From Takakia lepidozioides (Eukaryota; Plantae; Bryophyta), in NCBI GenBank assembly GCA_030704615.1, contig CM060733.1, positions 16,678,001-16,742,000 on the forward strand: DNA of 64,000 bases, written 5' to 3'. The notes beneath the pieces are model-generated. The model saw only the letters and a list, made by a program, of their open reading frames with translations. It did no database searches and had not been told where the DNA came from. Made by a program: the position numbers and the translations under genes. This document shows positions 52,031 through 64,000 of the stretch, piece by piece. Positions within the stretch are counted from its first letter, which is position 1. Every line of letters starts with the position of its first letter.

Positions 52031-52894
52031 ACCTCCACCATCTTTTTGTTTTGTTTGTTTGTTCTGTAGAACCCTATTTTAAGTAATTCCAGACTTTTGG
52101 CTTAAATCCGGACCAAACTTAATATAAAACATAGTTAAAATTAATTTAGGTATTAATAATAATATCGTGGAATATTGAGTCATTTAACTTGTGAAGTTGC
52201 ACAATCCCATTCATGTAACATCGAATGGTAAGTCGAATGACGTACTTTGCATCAAAAAATTGTAAAGATAAGATCGATTGAATGAAGTTATTAATAAATT
52301 GATAGATGTATGACATAAACAGATGATTCAAGAAGATAATATACAAATTAAACATCCGTACCATACTTACAGTATAGTAGTACCATGAACCAATGTATTG
52401 CAAGATTTCAATTGATGGATTAAAACGTTGAATGGAATAAGGTTGGATTTCAATGAAACATGTGAATTATGTTTCAAAATATTTAGGGATCATTCCCAAA
52501 GGTTCATATGACAACCAAATATTGTGGAAGAGTATCATGTAGATTCAGCTATAAAGTCATTGAACCAAGGTGGAAGTCTTTACCCATACGTAGAACAATT
52601 CATGAAATATTATCCCTACCACTTCGACCGTACCCAAATTTGGAAGTAATAAATTAAATAAGCATTAAACATTGAAATTAGGTTTTTAGGGTATAGAGTT
52701 TGCGAGGGTACTAACCATAGTACCCGGTATGAATGGAAAAGAAAATATTGGGAAGGGTACAGATGACTTGTCACCTATGATTTAGGGTTTAGGGAATAAA
52801 ATTTCCCAACCACAGATTGTATCTAATCTATGTAAAATGCACATCAAACAATGGAGTTACGCTTAAGGGTTTAGGGTTTAGAGAAGTTTTTCCA

Positions 52895-53733
52895 AATTTC
52901 AATTGATGGCTTGTAAGAGTACAAAAGTGTGAGAGTTGAGACGATTTTGGCAAACTAAGGAGTCGGTGGTCAGACTAGTCACTGTGGGGCAGGTGTTGCG
53001 TACATACATCTGCTCAAACGCCTTCAGATCCGCCTCTAACTGTGGCACCCTTCATCACAAACTTGCCAAACGAGGATTGTAATAAGATAGGTTTCAGACT
53101 GGCGACCGGACAAACTGTCTGTCCCTAACTAGCGTTTTCACTATGTAGCGCTGACAAGATGCAGACGCCTTGTGGACAGAAACAGCGTTACATATCAGAC
53201 TAGGTAGCGCTGACAACATGTAGATACTAGATACGTAGCGGACTGGAATAGTCTGCCGCCCACTGCTTGGACGTTACCTACGTACACAGATGGGCCTGAA
53301 TGATGTGCATAACTTAGGTACTGAGATTGAAGCTATGTACTGGAACCCTCCTATCATCGTCATACCATGCTTGAGGGAATCCCTTAAATTAAAGTTGGCG
53401 AAAGGGCCTTGAGAAAGAGGGCCTAGCGAGAGAGATGCCGCCAACGGAGTGAGCTTGAATGAGAGAACCTCTTCCCGGTGTGGGTCGCAAGAGAAGTTGG
53501 AGAAGGAAGCTCGACCCTTTGACTGCAAGTCCAAAGGTGGAGCTTGCTCCTCCAACTTTCCCTGGGGACCCATCCTGAAGACCGACACCTACATGGTTGC
53601 ACGCACAGGGAAGCAAATGCTCTCCCGCGAGAAGTCTCGAAGGCAGAGGAAAATGACGGGAACGGGTTAACGGTCTTCCGCTTACCCGGACCGGCTCGCG
53701 GAGCCAACGAATGAACTGCGTCCACGTGGTGGC
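52895..53733. repeat. ~840-bp dispersed repeat, copy 2
   Basis: Direct copy of 25009-25825. Confidence 0.9.
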
Positions 53734-53968
53734 AGCGGGGAGAGAAACTCCGAAAGAGGTGCAGGCCGTGCTGTGAGTCAATTTTGAGTGAGTGAGAGAA
53801 AATTAGAGTCGGATTGTGCAAGGATTTTTGTTGTGAAGTGAGAGAGAGAGAGAAGGAAAGAGAATTTGTAGCTGAGTGGTGGGCCAAATTGAGAGAGACG
53901 CAATCGTTGGATTACTGGGAGGTTCAGGAGTACTTTGGGTGGTGAATTGTGCTTGGTTAAGCTCGGAA

Positions 53969-54235
53969 ATGACGAAGAGGACGCTCTTGGTGGGGTGCAA
54001 TTACCCGGGGACTAAATGTGAGCTCAAAGGATGTGCGAATGATGTGAACCGCATGTGCAGGATGCTGGTGGAGCGATGGGGATGTCATAATGACGAAATT
54101 CGCGTACTTGTGGACAACGATCCCAGGGGCAGGCAGCCTACCGGAGCAAACATACGTTATTGTCTGGGGAATCCGATCCGAGGAGTTCGGCCTGGCGAGA
54201 TTCTGTACATCCATTTCAGCGGCCATGGAACACAG
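53969..54235 (+). pseudogene. Type II metacaspase, exon 1 only
   Basis: MTKRTLLVGCNYPGTKCELKGCANDV..PTGANIR..HFSGHGTQ then a GT donor. No downstream exon with the D(S/A)CHSG catalytic Cys was found. Confidence 0.85.
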
Positions 54236-55729
54236 GTGCGTGTTGGGAAGCTCCTTATTTTCTTAAAGCGATTCAGTATCGTTGCCCCTGTAGCCGAAGT
54301 CCAGAGGTTGGCTCAAGAGGTTTTCTGCCATTCTTAGTTAATATGCTGTCCTTGAGGGGATTTAGGCTCTGCTATATAAAAGTTTCTCAACGAACAAACA
54401 CCCCCTGATTTTTGAAAGTTGCACAGTTTCCACTAGTCGGGGGATTATTTGAGTCCCATTTTTGTGGTTGCCTTTCTACTGCTGACATGTTGACCGAACA
54501 AACCTCCAGCTGATTTGCAGGCACAATTTGATGAGCTCAAGAGGTTTTTGAGGAGGGGGATTGAGTTGGGGAACAAGGTTAGGAAGAGGGCTGCCTTGAC
54601 AGTGGCAAGGAGGATGGAAAAAGCATGTGAAAGGAGGAAGGGGGAGACGGAAGCATGGAGGACTTTCTTTGGTACTTTCAGTGAGACAGACTGGGAGAAG
54701 GTAGGCATCCGCACGTTGAAGGTGAAGGAATTGTTGGTAGATGGGGCTTTCGAGTTCAACGAGTCCATCCACAACATTCCCTGTTTGCGAGTTGGTGGGT
54801 TCTGTCGCATGCATGCCACTAGGCGTACTTCGGAGTGCTTGGGAGGAGATTTTTTACTTGGCATTCAACAGGAATATCTTTGAAGATATCTTTGAAGACG
54901 AGCGAGATTACGTGGCGCATCAAGAGAGAGTGCTAGCCATTGACCGGGACTGACACATGCAAAAGAAGAAACCTGCATTTTGAAGAGACTCAAAAGTAAA
55001 ACTTCTAACCCATTTCAAACAGCATCCAACAACAGTAGTCTGTGACTGTTCTGTAGGTATGTTTTGAAAGGAGAAAAATAGGGAAGTGCAAAGGTTTGAA
55101 TATGATTTAGTGCAGTCAACGGACTAGGATTAAGGTGGTATTGCTTCCATAGGAAAAGCAACAGTAAGCCGTCAGTGAGTGGTATAGTGGGGGATCACAA
55201 GTAAGGGGATGGGAGGGGGAGCAGGATGGGTGTAGGTGTGCGGGCATATGTAAACTGGGGTAGGGGAGATGACAAGCATCCAGCAAGGGGAGGTTTCCCA
55301 GCATACTTGAGAGACTGGCATTGCAAAAAATGACGAACACATTGCCTTACGAGGGTCCGGGCCATGTGGTGCAAAAAGGGTTAGGGTGTTCGAAGGAGCC
55401 CTGTTTTCACACCACGGCCAGTCTATCTCCCTTGCGTGGGAATCCCTTATTCAAACATTATTGGTGCAAAACTTTCCAAGACCCATAACCTCTGGGGTTT
55501 TTTCATACAAGTGTTCAGCTGAAATTTGACAACCATTCCTCTGCAATATGGTTTTCCATGACTTCCCTGTTGCTGTGATTATCACAGAAAGCGCTTCACT
55601 GTAAGGTCTGTCATCACACTGGAATGATTTTTTTTTTTCCTCAAACTTACTTTTTGATTCCAAAAAATGCGACAGATTATGCACTTGCAATTGAAGCAGC
55701 ACATTGCCTCAGGCCCTGATCATCATGGC

Positions 55730-56058
55730 TGATGTCCTTTCTGACACCTCTGTCCTCCATCATTTCTCTCACACTTGCTTTTTTGTTCTGCCTCCCTGCC
55801 ACAGTATAAGTGTTTGAGAGCAGCACCTAAGCTGCACTGTGATATTGGTCCCTGTTCACAACGAATTTTGCAACATCTTCTGCTAGCTCCACATTGCAAG
55901 CACCAAGCAAGGACCTCCACACCCGAGCATCTGGTTCAACTGGCATTCTGTGAATAAAGTCCCGTGCCTCAGTCAATTGCCCTGCACGGCCGAGAACATC
56001 CACAATACAACCAAAATGCTCCACTGTAGGAGTGAGGCCATGATCTCCACTCATGGAA
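55730..56058 (-). pseudogene. PPR C-terminal (last S motif plus E domain) fragment
   Basis: EHFGCIVDVLGRAG..PDARVWRSLLGAC-NVELAE..SAA*VLLSNTY..MEDRGVRK. 55912-56058 duplicates 25910-26056. Confidence 0.85.
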
Positions 56059-56086
56059 GCTGCTCATGATGAAAAAGAGTAGGCGT

Positions 56087-56940
56087 ACTGAAGAAGGTGC
56101 TGCCCTAGAGATCACTGCGTTGGATCCAAAATTGGCTGTTAGTGCCTTTCCAACTAAAGCTCTCATGGAGGTTCTTAGATTCAGATGGATTGGAAGAGTT
56201 TCGGGGGGTAGCTTACTTATCGCCGTATACCAGCAGCCAAGGAAGGTAGGCAGCTGTTCAAGCCGAGAAGCATGCAGTGGCTGTGATCAACAGACACACT
56301 GAAGAAGGTGCTGCCCTAGAGATCACTGCATTGGATCCAAAATTGGCTGTTAGTGCCTTTCCAACTAAAGCTCTCAAGGAGGTTCTTAGAAAACATTCAG
56401 ATGGATTGGAAGAGTTTCGGGGGGTAGCTTACTTATCGCCATATACCAGCAGCCAAAGGTAGGCAGCTGTTCAAGCCGAGAAGCATGCAGTGGCTGTGAT
56501 CAACAGACACACTGAAGAAGGTGCTGCCCTAGAGATCACTGCGTTGGATCCAAAATTGGCTGTTAGTGCCTTTCCAACTAAAGCTCTCAAGGAGGTTCTT
56601 AGAAAACATTCAGATGGATTGGAAGAGTTTCGGGGGGTAGCTTACTTATCGCCATATACCAGCAGCCAAAGGTAGGCAGCTGTTCAAGCCGAGAAGCATG
56701 CAGTGGCTGTGATCAACAGACACACTGAAGAAGGTGCTGCCCTAGAGATCACTGCGTTGGATCCAAAATTGGCTGTTAGTGCCTTTCCAACTAAAGCTCT
56801 CAAGGAGGTTCTTAGAAAACATTCAGATGGATTGGAAGAGTTTCGGGGTGTAGCTTACTTATTGCCGTATACCAGCAGCCAAGGAAGGTAGGCAGCTGTT
56901 CAAGCCGAGAAGCATGCAGTGGCTGTGATCAACAGACACA
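56087..56940 (+). repeat. Four-copy tandem repeat, ~213-bp unit
   Basis: Units start at 56087, 56298, 56511 and 56724 and are near-identical. Confidence 0.97.
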
Positions 56941-57715
56941 GATAGGGGTAAACAAGTTCACGGTGGACCTGAGCAAGCCAAGTGTTTTCCAGGTTAGACT
57001 TCAAACCTTAAATTGCAGACCTGTTCACTACACGCCGTCAGTGTCAGCTGCTAGAAGCAAGGCTGAGGATGTATTCATGATTTGTACACAGGTAGGGATA
57101 GCTGAAGGACCAGGGATAGAGGTCCAGATTCATCCAAGAGGGCCGGATTTCAAACACAAGATTACTTCCGATTCCCTGTGAATCAATAGCTACAAGAAAT
57201 CTGCATGGGTAGATGTTCAACTGGAAACAGCAGCGGCAGCAGCACAATTGATAGAACAAGGCACTGCCAATGAAGGCACCTTCTTCAACACATTTCAGCC
57301 TGTTTTTCCCTGTTATCAGAGTCGTCCCTAAATTTTCATGTTGAATTCTGCAAGTTAGCTCATTGGTGGATCTATGGTGGTTTTGGAGCGATTTTGACAT
57401 GTTACTGCCAATGTGGCAACAGGAAAGTATCGAAAAACAGATAACAGAGACAAGCAGAAGCTCTGGAATGAATACGTTTCCCTCTTATCAGAATCGGCCC
57501 TACATTTTCAGAAAGAACAACAGAAAAAATCGCATTATTGCCGAATCGAGTTTCAAGCTTTTATGCAAATTTGTCTCAGCTTCTTCCGCAGCGCTGCAAC
57601 GATGGATTGATCGTCTCCCTCAAAGGTTGCAGTGGGAGCAGGATTTGGAGGTTGTGATTGTTGGGAGTTTGATTGCTTCTTTGATCGCAGAAGCCGCGCT
57701 GCAGATCCAGGGGTG

Positions 57716-60700
57716 ATGGTGCATCTGTCGGAGAATGAGGGCATAGAGGGCCGCATTTTTGTGGTCACGGGAGGAGCAGGCCATGTGGGCGCTGCGTTGT
57801 GTTTGGAGCTGGTAAGCCGTGGCGCAGCTCGGGTACGATGCATGGATACTTCTACTTCGTCTCTGCGCCTTTCTGTTCTGCGAGAAAAGGGCGTTGTGTG
57901 CATCACTGGTGATGTTTGCCCTCTGTTCCGCATGCCTTTCGCATCCTCTTTCACGCATTTTGCATTAGCAGTTCCGGTTTTAGATTGTGTTCTTGTTATC
58001 GCCGTTTATTCTGCAGCACGTGACATTGGGAGCACTTGTTCTTGACTCCTCCTACTCGCCCATTCCTATTCTTATCACTTGATTCTTCCTTTGGTGCTGG
58101 GACCTCGAAAGCTCCGAGCAAGCGTTTCGGTATGGTTCCGTTACTGCCATAGCGTGTCATTTGCAGGGCTGCGGTGTTGATTAATGCGGCTTTTCAATTT
58201 CATCGTAAATCACAGCTGAATGACAGGGAGGTGATGTCTAGGTTAAGGTCTAGGAAAAGTACGTAGGCGTCTTCCTCATAGTGGTGACAGGTAAATGCCA
58301 GGTTTTCAGTTGGATCTGACCTCACACCTTCACAATGCTAGTGATGGTTGAATTACCAGCTACCCAGGTACAAGTATGAGTAGTTGGGCTGACACTTTCA
58401 CTGCATCTTCCTCAAAAGGATTCAGTAACCTAGTTCCAGTCACTTGTGCTTGTCACAACTTTCAGCTGTGTTGTGCAAACTGCTTTGAGCTCCATAGATT
58501 TGTCATGTGGTTGCTCTAATGCTTGCTGTGGTGCAGCGTGTATGCAGGCGATGTGAGGCGCAAAGAGGTTGTGGAAAAAGCCTTCCGAAATGCAGACTGC
58601 GTGTTCCACCTTGCCTCTTTTGGTGTGTCTGGCAAGGATATGCTTCAAGCACGACGCATTGATGAAGTGAATCTTGATGGCACTCTTCATGTTCTGGAAA
58701 GCTGTATCAAGTGTGGTGTTAGTAGGCTGGTGTATACCAGCACATATAATGTGGTCTTTGGGGGCCAAGAAATCCGCAATGGTACTGAGGATCTTCCATA
58801 CTTTCAGATTGAGGACCACGTGGATCCGTGTGGTCGCAGCAAAGCACTTGCAGAGCAGCTTGTTCTAAGAAGCAACAACCGACCACTAAAGTGCCTCCCC
58901 CCTCTCCTTCCTCTGTCCATTTTTGCTTCTCCCTCCCAGTCTTTCACACTCTATACTTGGAAAACAGTAAGGGCAGGGAAGTTTGCAAGACAATAATCAA
59001 AGTGCTGTGATTGACAGGGTGTAGGTGCTACACAGAGGATATTTGGCCAAGTAAGAGTGCCTGCCTCTTTCATAACAATGCTGGTGGTGTGTTTTGACAG
59101 AGGGAAGGAAAACAGAAAGTTGTACACATGTGCAATCAGACCAGCAGCCATCTATGGCCCTGGAGAGGACCGGCACTTGCCTAGAATGCTTAACATGGCA
59201 AAGTTGGGCCTGTTCTTGTTTCGTATCTGAGGATCTCAAGTTTTATGTGACTGGGTATATGTTGATAATCTGGTGCATGCCCATCTGTTGGCCAGCATGG
59301 CACTCCTTAATGACATTCCTGGCAGATCTGGTACTCCTCCAGCTGCAGGCCAGGCTTACTTCATTTCAGATGGTAGGTCCTACATCCCTGGTGATTGTTG
59401 GCTGGTTTCCTTGCTCTTAAACACACATCAACTTAATGTACAACAGGATGAACTTATTTAGTGTGAGGGTCAAGTATGCCATTGAACTTTATATTGTCAA
59501 GTTGATACTTTGTGTTGTCAAATTATCTCATTTTTTCTTCCTCTATATTCAGGAAAGTGTTGCTGAAGATCCGTGCTGATATTTTAGGTTCTCCTGTCAA
59601 CACCTTTGAGTTCATGCGACCTCTGGTAGAGGTTCTGGGCTACAGCATGCCCCAGCGTGAGCTCCCTGTGAAGAGAGCCATGACTTTGGCATGGTTGATG
59701 TGGGGCCTTTATGGTCTGCTCTATCCCTGGCTTCAGCACTCCTGGCTTCCTCAACCGCTCATTCTCCCTGCAGAAGTTTATAAGGTCAGTCCGTCTCAAC
59801 AGACCAACTCTTTCTCAATCTCCCTATCTTTCTTTGTCTCTTGATGATTTTACAATTTCCAGTAGCTAGTCAAGCCTCTTCTGATAAGGCTAGATCACAG
59901 TCTCAGCTCGTACTTTTAAGTATGTGTGGTCATTGCTGCACACTTGCGGAGGAGTGGTAGCAGAAATTGAGTGAACAGAAGGAATTCTCCTAGGGCCATA
60001 ACAAGCTTGTATAGCTGGTCTTTGGCAAGAGAGAAACTCTGGCAGCAGCTTGCTGCTTTGACTGCAACAAGACACGTGCAATGTTACGGAGCCATTAGGT
60101 TGCTTTTGAAACGTGGCAGTCCGTAACTTAGGGGTGGAGCAGGGAGATGTGAAAATCCCTTTCCAAAACTTGTAATGTATACGTCACCTCAGCATTTAGA
60201 GAACCAATCTCGATCTCATGAAGTGGATATGTCCATATGTGCTTTTGCAGCTGGGGGTTACTCATTACTTTTCAACATGGAAGGCAAGGCAAGAATTGGG
60301 GTATGTTGCCTTGGTGGATGCCAAGGAGGGTATGGATCGCACAGTGGCATATTGGAAGGGTAAACAAGCACAAGAGTTGGACAGCCCCCCATTGCTGACA
60401 TGGGTTGGAGCACTGGGTGGCTGGATCCTGTTGTTTCTCAATGCCTATGTGCTAGTCCCTTTCCTGGGACCACTGGAATGGGAGCGCCTTTCTGTGCTCG
60501 TGCTGTTTTGATCACAAAAGGTGCTGCGGGTTTTCTTGTGGATGGTAATCCTAGTCCATGCTGTAGAAAGTTCATATGCATGGGTTGTGGCTCAGAAAGT
60601 AGACCCTGCCAATTCAAAGGGTTGGGCGTTGCAAACTCTTCTTATCGGTTTTTCCTCACTGCGGACATCGGACAAAGAGCGTAAGCATAAAGAAGGAATG

Positions 60701-60718
60701 AGAGCAAGCTTATTCTAG
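57716..60718 (+). pseudogene. SDR42E1-like 3-beta-hydroxysteroid dehydrogenase/SDR family gene, 5 exons, disabled
   Basis: Exons 57716-57908, 58548-58890, 59101-59372, 59588-59784 and 60251-60718. Motifs VTGGAGHVG, VFHLAS, LVYTST, IRPAAIYGPGE, DWVYVDNL. Catalytic YxxxK reads CGRSK. In-frame TGA at 59228 and 60509. Confidence 0.9.
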
Positions 60719-61749
60719 AATACTAGCTTTGTACTGTGGTGCCACTGAATTATGCAACAAGCACTGGTATGGTAGCAATTTACTTTCCAAATATGAAAGC
60801 ATTTTTTCCTATCAGCTACAAAGCATTGGTAGTTTTTTTTTCTCTACCTTTTTCTTTCCAAAAAAAAAGAAACCTGGTAGCAACAGCTCTAGTTACATAT
60901 GATTACACCACAGTAAATTAGAAATCAAGGCTCGAGTCTTTGGTCACATATGATGCTGAGTGATTTTTCGCACTTCGACTCTACACCCTGTGGCAACAGA
61001 TTGCAGGTTTAGCAGGAGATTTGTCAGATCTTGACCTCTGCTAATATGACAGGGAGATTTCTACTTGTTTCATTTGGGAATTTGTTAGTGAAGTTCAATC
61101 AGTATTCTGTTCTGCACTCTGTAGGTTGACATCACAGTGGGAGAAGACTTTGAAATCGATCCTTTATCGACAGGGTTGAGATTTGAAGGGCGGAACCATC
61201 TTGCATTTCTAAAGGTAGAATGTAAGGTTACACTGAGTGAAGAATAACTGAGAATCATGCTATTTATTCTGGTATGCTACTTTTGGACGGCCTTTCACAT
61301 CCTGAGGGGCCACTAAAGAGACTGCCCTTCACAGCAGAAATTTCCAATCACAATGCAACATTACAACCATCTTTGGCGCTCTCCTCTTGAAGTCTCTACA
61401 ATGGATTCCTCCCTGCCCTCTAGGAAGCCTATTGACATTGGGTGGACTTAAAATGGGAGTACATAAATGTCTCTGTGACTAAAAGCCGGCCTTGCGACCT
61501 CGTGTCCTGGTTTGTTTTGACCTGAAGCACTCTGCTTTGGGTAAGGATTTAGTTGGGGTCTGGGGCCTCTCCCTCTTTAGAACATGTCTACGCAGGCCAT
61601 TCCCTGCAGCTCCTTTGGAGTGGTGATCTCTGAATAGTAACAAGCGGACCCCTACCGCTTGGGGGCAGCCCCTCCGCCCAAAATGGGCAGTTGCATGCTC
61701 TGTCTAGCATGCTTGGCACTTGGGCTAGGGTCCTTGTGCTTAAACTTAC

Positions 61750-64000
61750 AGCCTGCGTATACAGAAAAAATATTTGGCCACTCCGATAATAACACTACTC
61801 AGGGTGATTCCTGGGAAATGGTTACTTATGCCAAATCTAGAGCTTCATGTGTAGTTTTTGGGGTGAATCCCAGGATGGACGATGTGTCCTTTAAAACTAC
61901 CCGCTCCAGCTTAGGCTTGGATTATGTGGCTAATGGCACCATCTCAAGATTGGATAACAGAGGTACTTTGAAGGTTTCATTGCCTAAATCTGCTACAAAT
62001 AGAATCCCACATCAAATCAGCTTCAAAGAAATTCGCCACTTGACTGGTTGGAGGGCGGTCTTAGACATTGGTGATTCAATGAGGCGCTCTAGGAAGACAG
62101 TCAAATGTGGGGACTTCAACTTGAAAGTTTCTAACCGGTTTGAAGCCCTGGAAGAGATTGATACCAAGCAGCCAGACCAGGTTAGTTGGCCCTATGTGTG
62201 CTGAGGTTGAGCGTCAGGAACCTGAAGGATTTGGCACTCTGAATGGATTGCCAATCCTTAAGGTTTACTCTAAAAGAATTAAATCTTCGCCTGAAGGATT
62301 TGGCACTCTGCATGGTTTGCCAATCCTTAAAGTTTACTCTAGACACCCAAAATCTACACATGGGGCAACTGATCCCCCTTTGCAGAGCGGTTGGTCGTTC
62401 AGGCGCAATCATAGGCTCCCTAGACGGCAAACAATCCATATGCAAAAGGCTGGCTTGCGGCTGAGCACTTTCAACTGCAAAACATCACACATTGTTTGAA
62501 AGACAAATCGGGCCCAGATTAAGCTTGTGTTGACGACACCTTAATTTGGCACTGCCTCGGAACATGTGGGAAACAGAGAGGAGGGTAAGGCGGGGAGATT
62601 AAACTGTCGTCAACGATTTGAAGTGGGACAAGGTCTTCAGTCAAATGGTATTCATATCTGTGCTGGGCAAGAGACATGGGAAACTTCGGACAAACTGGTT
62701 GGAGATGTCAACGGCTACCGTTGGTTTGGCAAGATGTGTGCGCTAAAGGTGACCTCTGCCAAGCGTGGGCAAAAAGGTGTTGGCTTCTTTGTCCGAGATT
62801 TCTTGTGTGATTATCAACAAGGATTTGCGGTATGAGCACAGTATCTGGCTGAAACTGAAATTGAAGGGCAGCGTGAGTAGGAAGGACCTCTTTGTGGGAT
62901 GTGCTTACATGCCCACATAGGGGACCCGTAAAGCTGGACTGTGCTAAGTTCCTTGCCAAGGGTCAGGTGGTCTTATTGGGTGACTTCAATGCCCGGGTTG
63001 GTAAAGGTCTTCACCAGGATGATATCATCGGACCTTTAGGTGAGGACGAGCTGAACTCTAATGGAAGACGGTTTATTAACTGTCTGGAAGAGCTTCAGCT
63101 TTCGACCCTGAACAATAGGTCAAAAGGTGACCCGATGCAGTGGACCCGTGAGAAAGTCCAAACTGGGGAACGATCCATTGTGGATTATATCATAGTGGAC
63201 AAGAATCTGTTTCCCCAGTGTGTCAATGTGTTAATTGATAGAACTGATATTGGTACCTCTGACCACTTTCTGGTTTGGACTGAGATCAAAAGGTGTTTCC
63301 CCAACACCAAGAGATCTGTGAAACGTTCGATCCAGAAGTGGCGCATTGAAAAATTCCGAAATGAAGAGGTCAAGGCTGAGTATGTCCAGGCCTTGCAAGA
63401 GGCTCTGCCCAACTTTGTCCATTCGCTCCAAGACCTTCATTCTCGCGCTGGCAATGCAAGAAATGAAGTCGAAAGTGCGGTGGACTCTTGGGAGAGTTTC
63501 GTCTCTTCTGTGGCTGAAAAGATCATTGGGAGGAAACTAATTATCTGCAGTAGAGCTGTTAATTGGTGGACCAATGAGATCAAACTCAAGATTGCCGAGA
63601 GACGAGCCCTCTATAAAGAGTGCTGCAGAATGAAAGTCAATAATGACCTTTGGGTTAAGTACTACTGTAAGGTCTCAGAAGAAACTATATTGGGAGATGT
63701 TATACCGGGAAATAAACCAGGGTGGTAATGACAAGAAATTCTGGTTGGCCCTTCAACGTCTGTACAAGCCGAAAAATGGTGACTTCAACGGCTGACATTG
63801 TCAACACCTTTGAAACCCACTACAGTACACTTGGCAGAAAGTCTAGTTCTAGCGGGGAGGGGTTTTCTGAAGAATGGAATGACACAGCAGAAAGAACTGT
63901 GTCTATGATTCAAGACAGCCCTGATGAACTGGAGTATATTTCAAAGGGTTATAACGCTCCCATTAGTTCCTCTGAGATTGCGGAAGCAATTGAGCACCTA
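61750..64000 (+). mobile_element. LINE 5' portion (APE endonuclease; RT expected beyond the window), degenerate
   Basis: SNRFEAL; ICAGQETW; VVLLGDFNARVG; NSNGRR; SIVDYIIV; GTSDHFLVW; NWWTNEIK. Internal 69-bp-period duplication at 62221-62341. Confidence 0.88.

Noticed and set aside
52685-52881. Interstitial telomere or chromosome fusion site
   Set aside because: Only one to about two and a half TTTAGGG units per site, in AT-rich DNA.
55400-55730. DYW deaminase domain after the PPR E fragment
   Set aside because: No HxE(x)nCxxC or DYW-like terminus is visible in any frame.
59228-60511. Stop codons repaired by U-to-C RNA editing
   Set aside because: Such editing is organellar. This is a spliceosomal-intron nuclear gene, and the catalytic Tyr is also lost.

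Overview
Eukaryotic nuclear DNA, most likely from a non-seed land plant (bryophyte/lycophyte/fern-like; inferred from PLS-type PPR repeats, a type II metacaspase, GT-AG introns, TTTAGGG motifs and the TE families present). The window is dominated by nested, decaying transposons. These are three Ty3/Gypsy elements (one chromovirus, one with a PHD finger after integrase, one non-chromovirus), a SWIM-type MULE with a Ulp1 protease passenger, two CACTA TnpA-like genes (one containing an FCP1/NIF phosphatase-like domain), a GCM-like/MULE-like transposase, three LINE pieces, a CRE-like non-LTR element and a MITE. Host-type genes are all damaged: a PLS PPR pseudogene, a metacaspase exon 1 fragment and an SDR42E1-like pseudogene. 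Two observations stand out. (1) A spliced gene at ~41.9-46.3 kb encodes a ParB/Srx-like domain (WDGNHR) and a putative DNA-methylase-like C-terminus; its non-coding (mostly intronic) parts carry eight copies of a 26-bp palindrome, and it lies divergent to the GCM/MULE-like transposase. (2) A Gypsy integrase was split by a CACTA insertion (19-bp TIR, TAT TSD), and its two halves now lie 21.5 kb apart on opposite strands, which indicates an inversion. All protein assignments come from motif recognition by eye, with no database searches.
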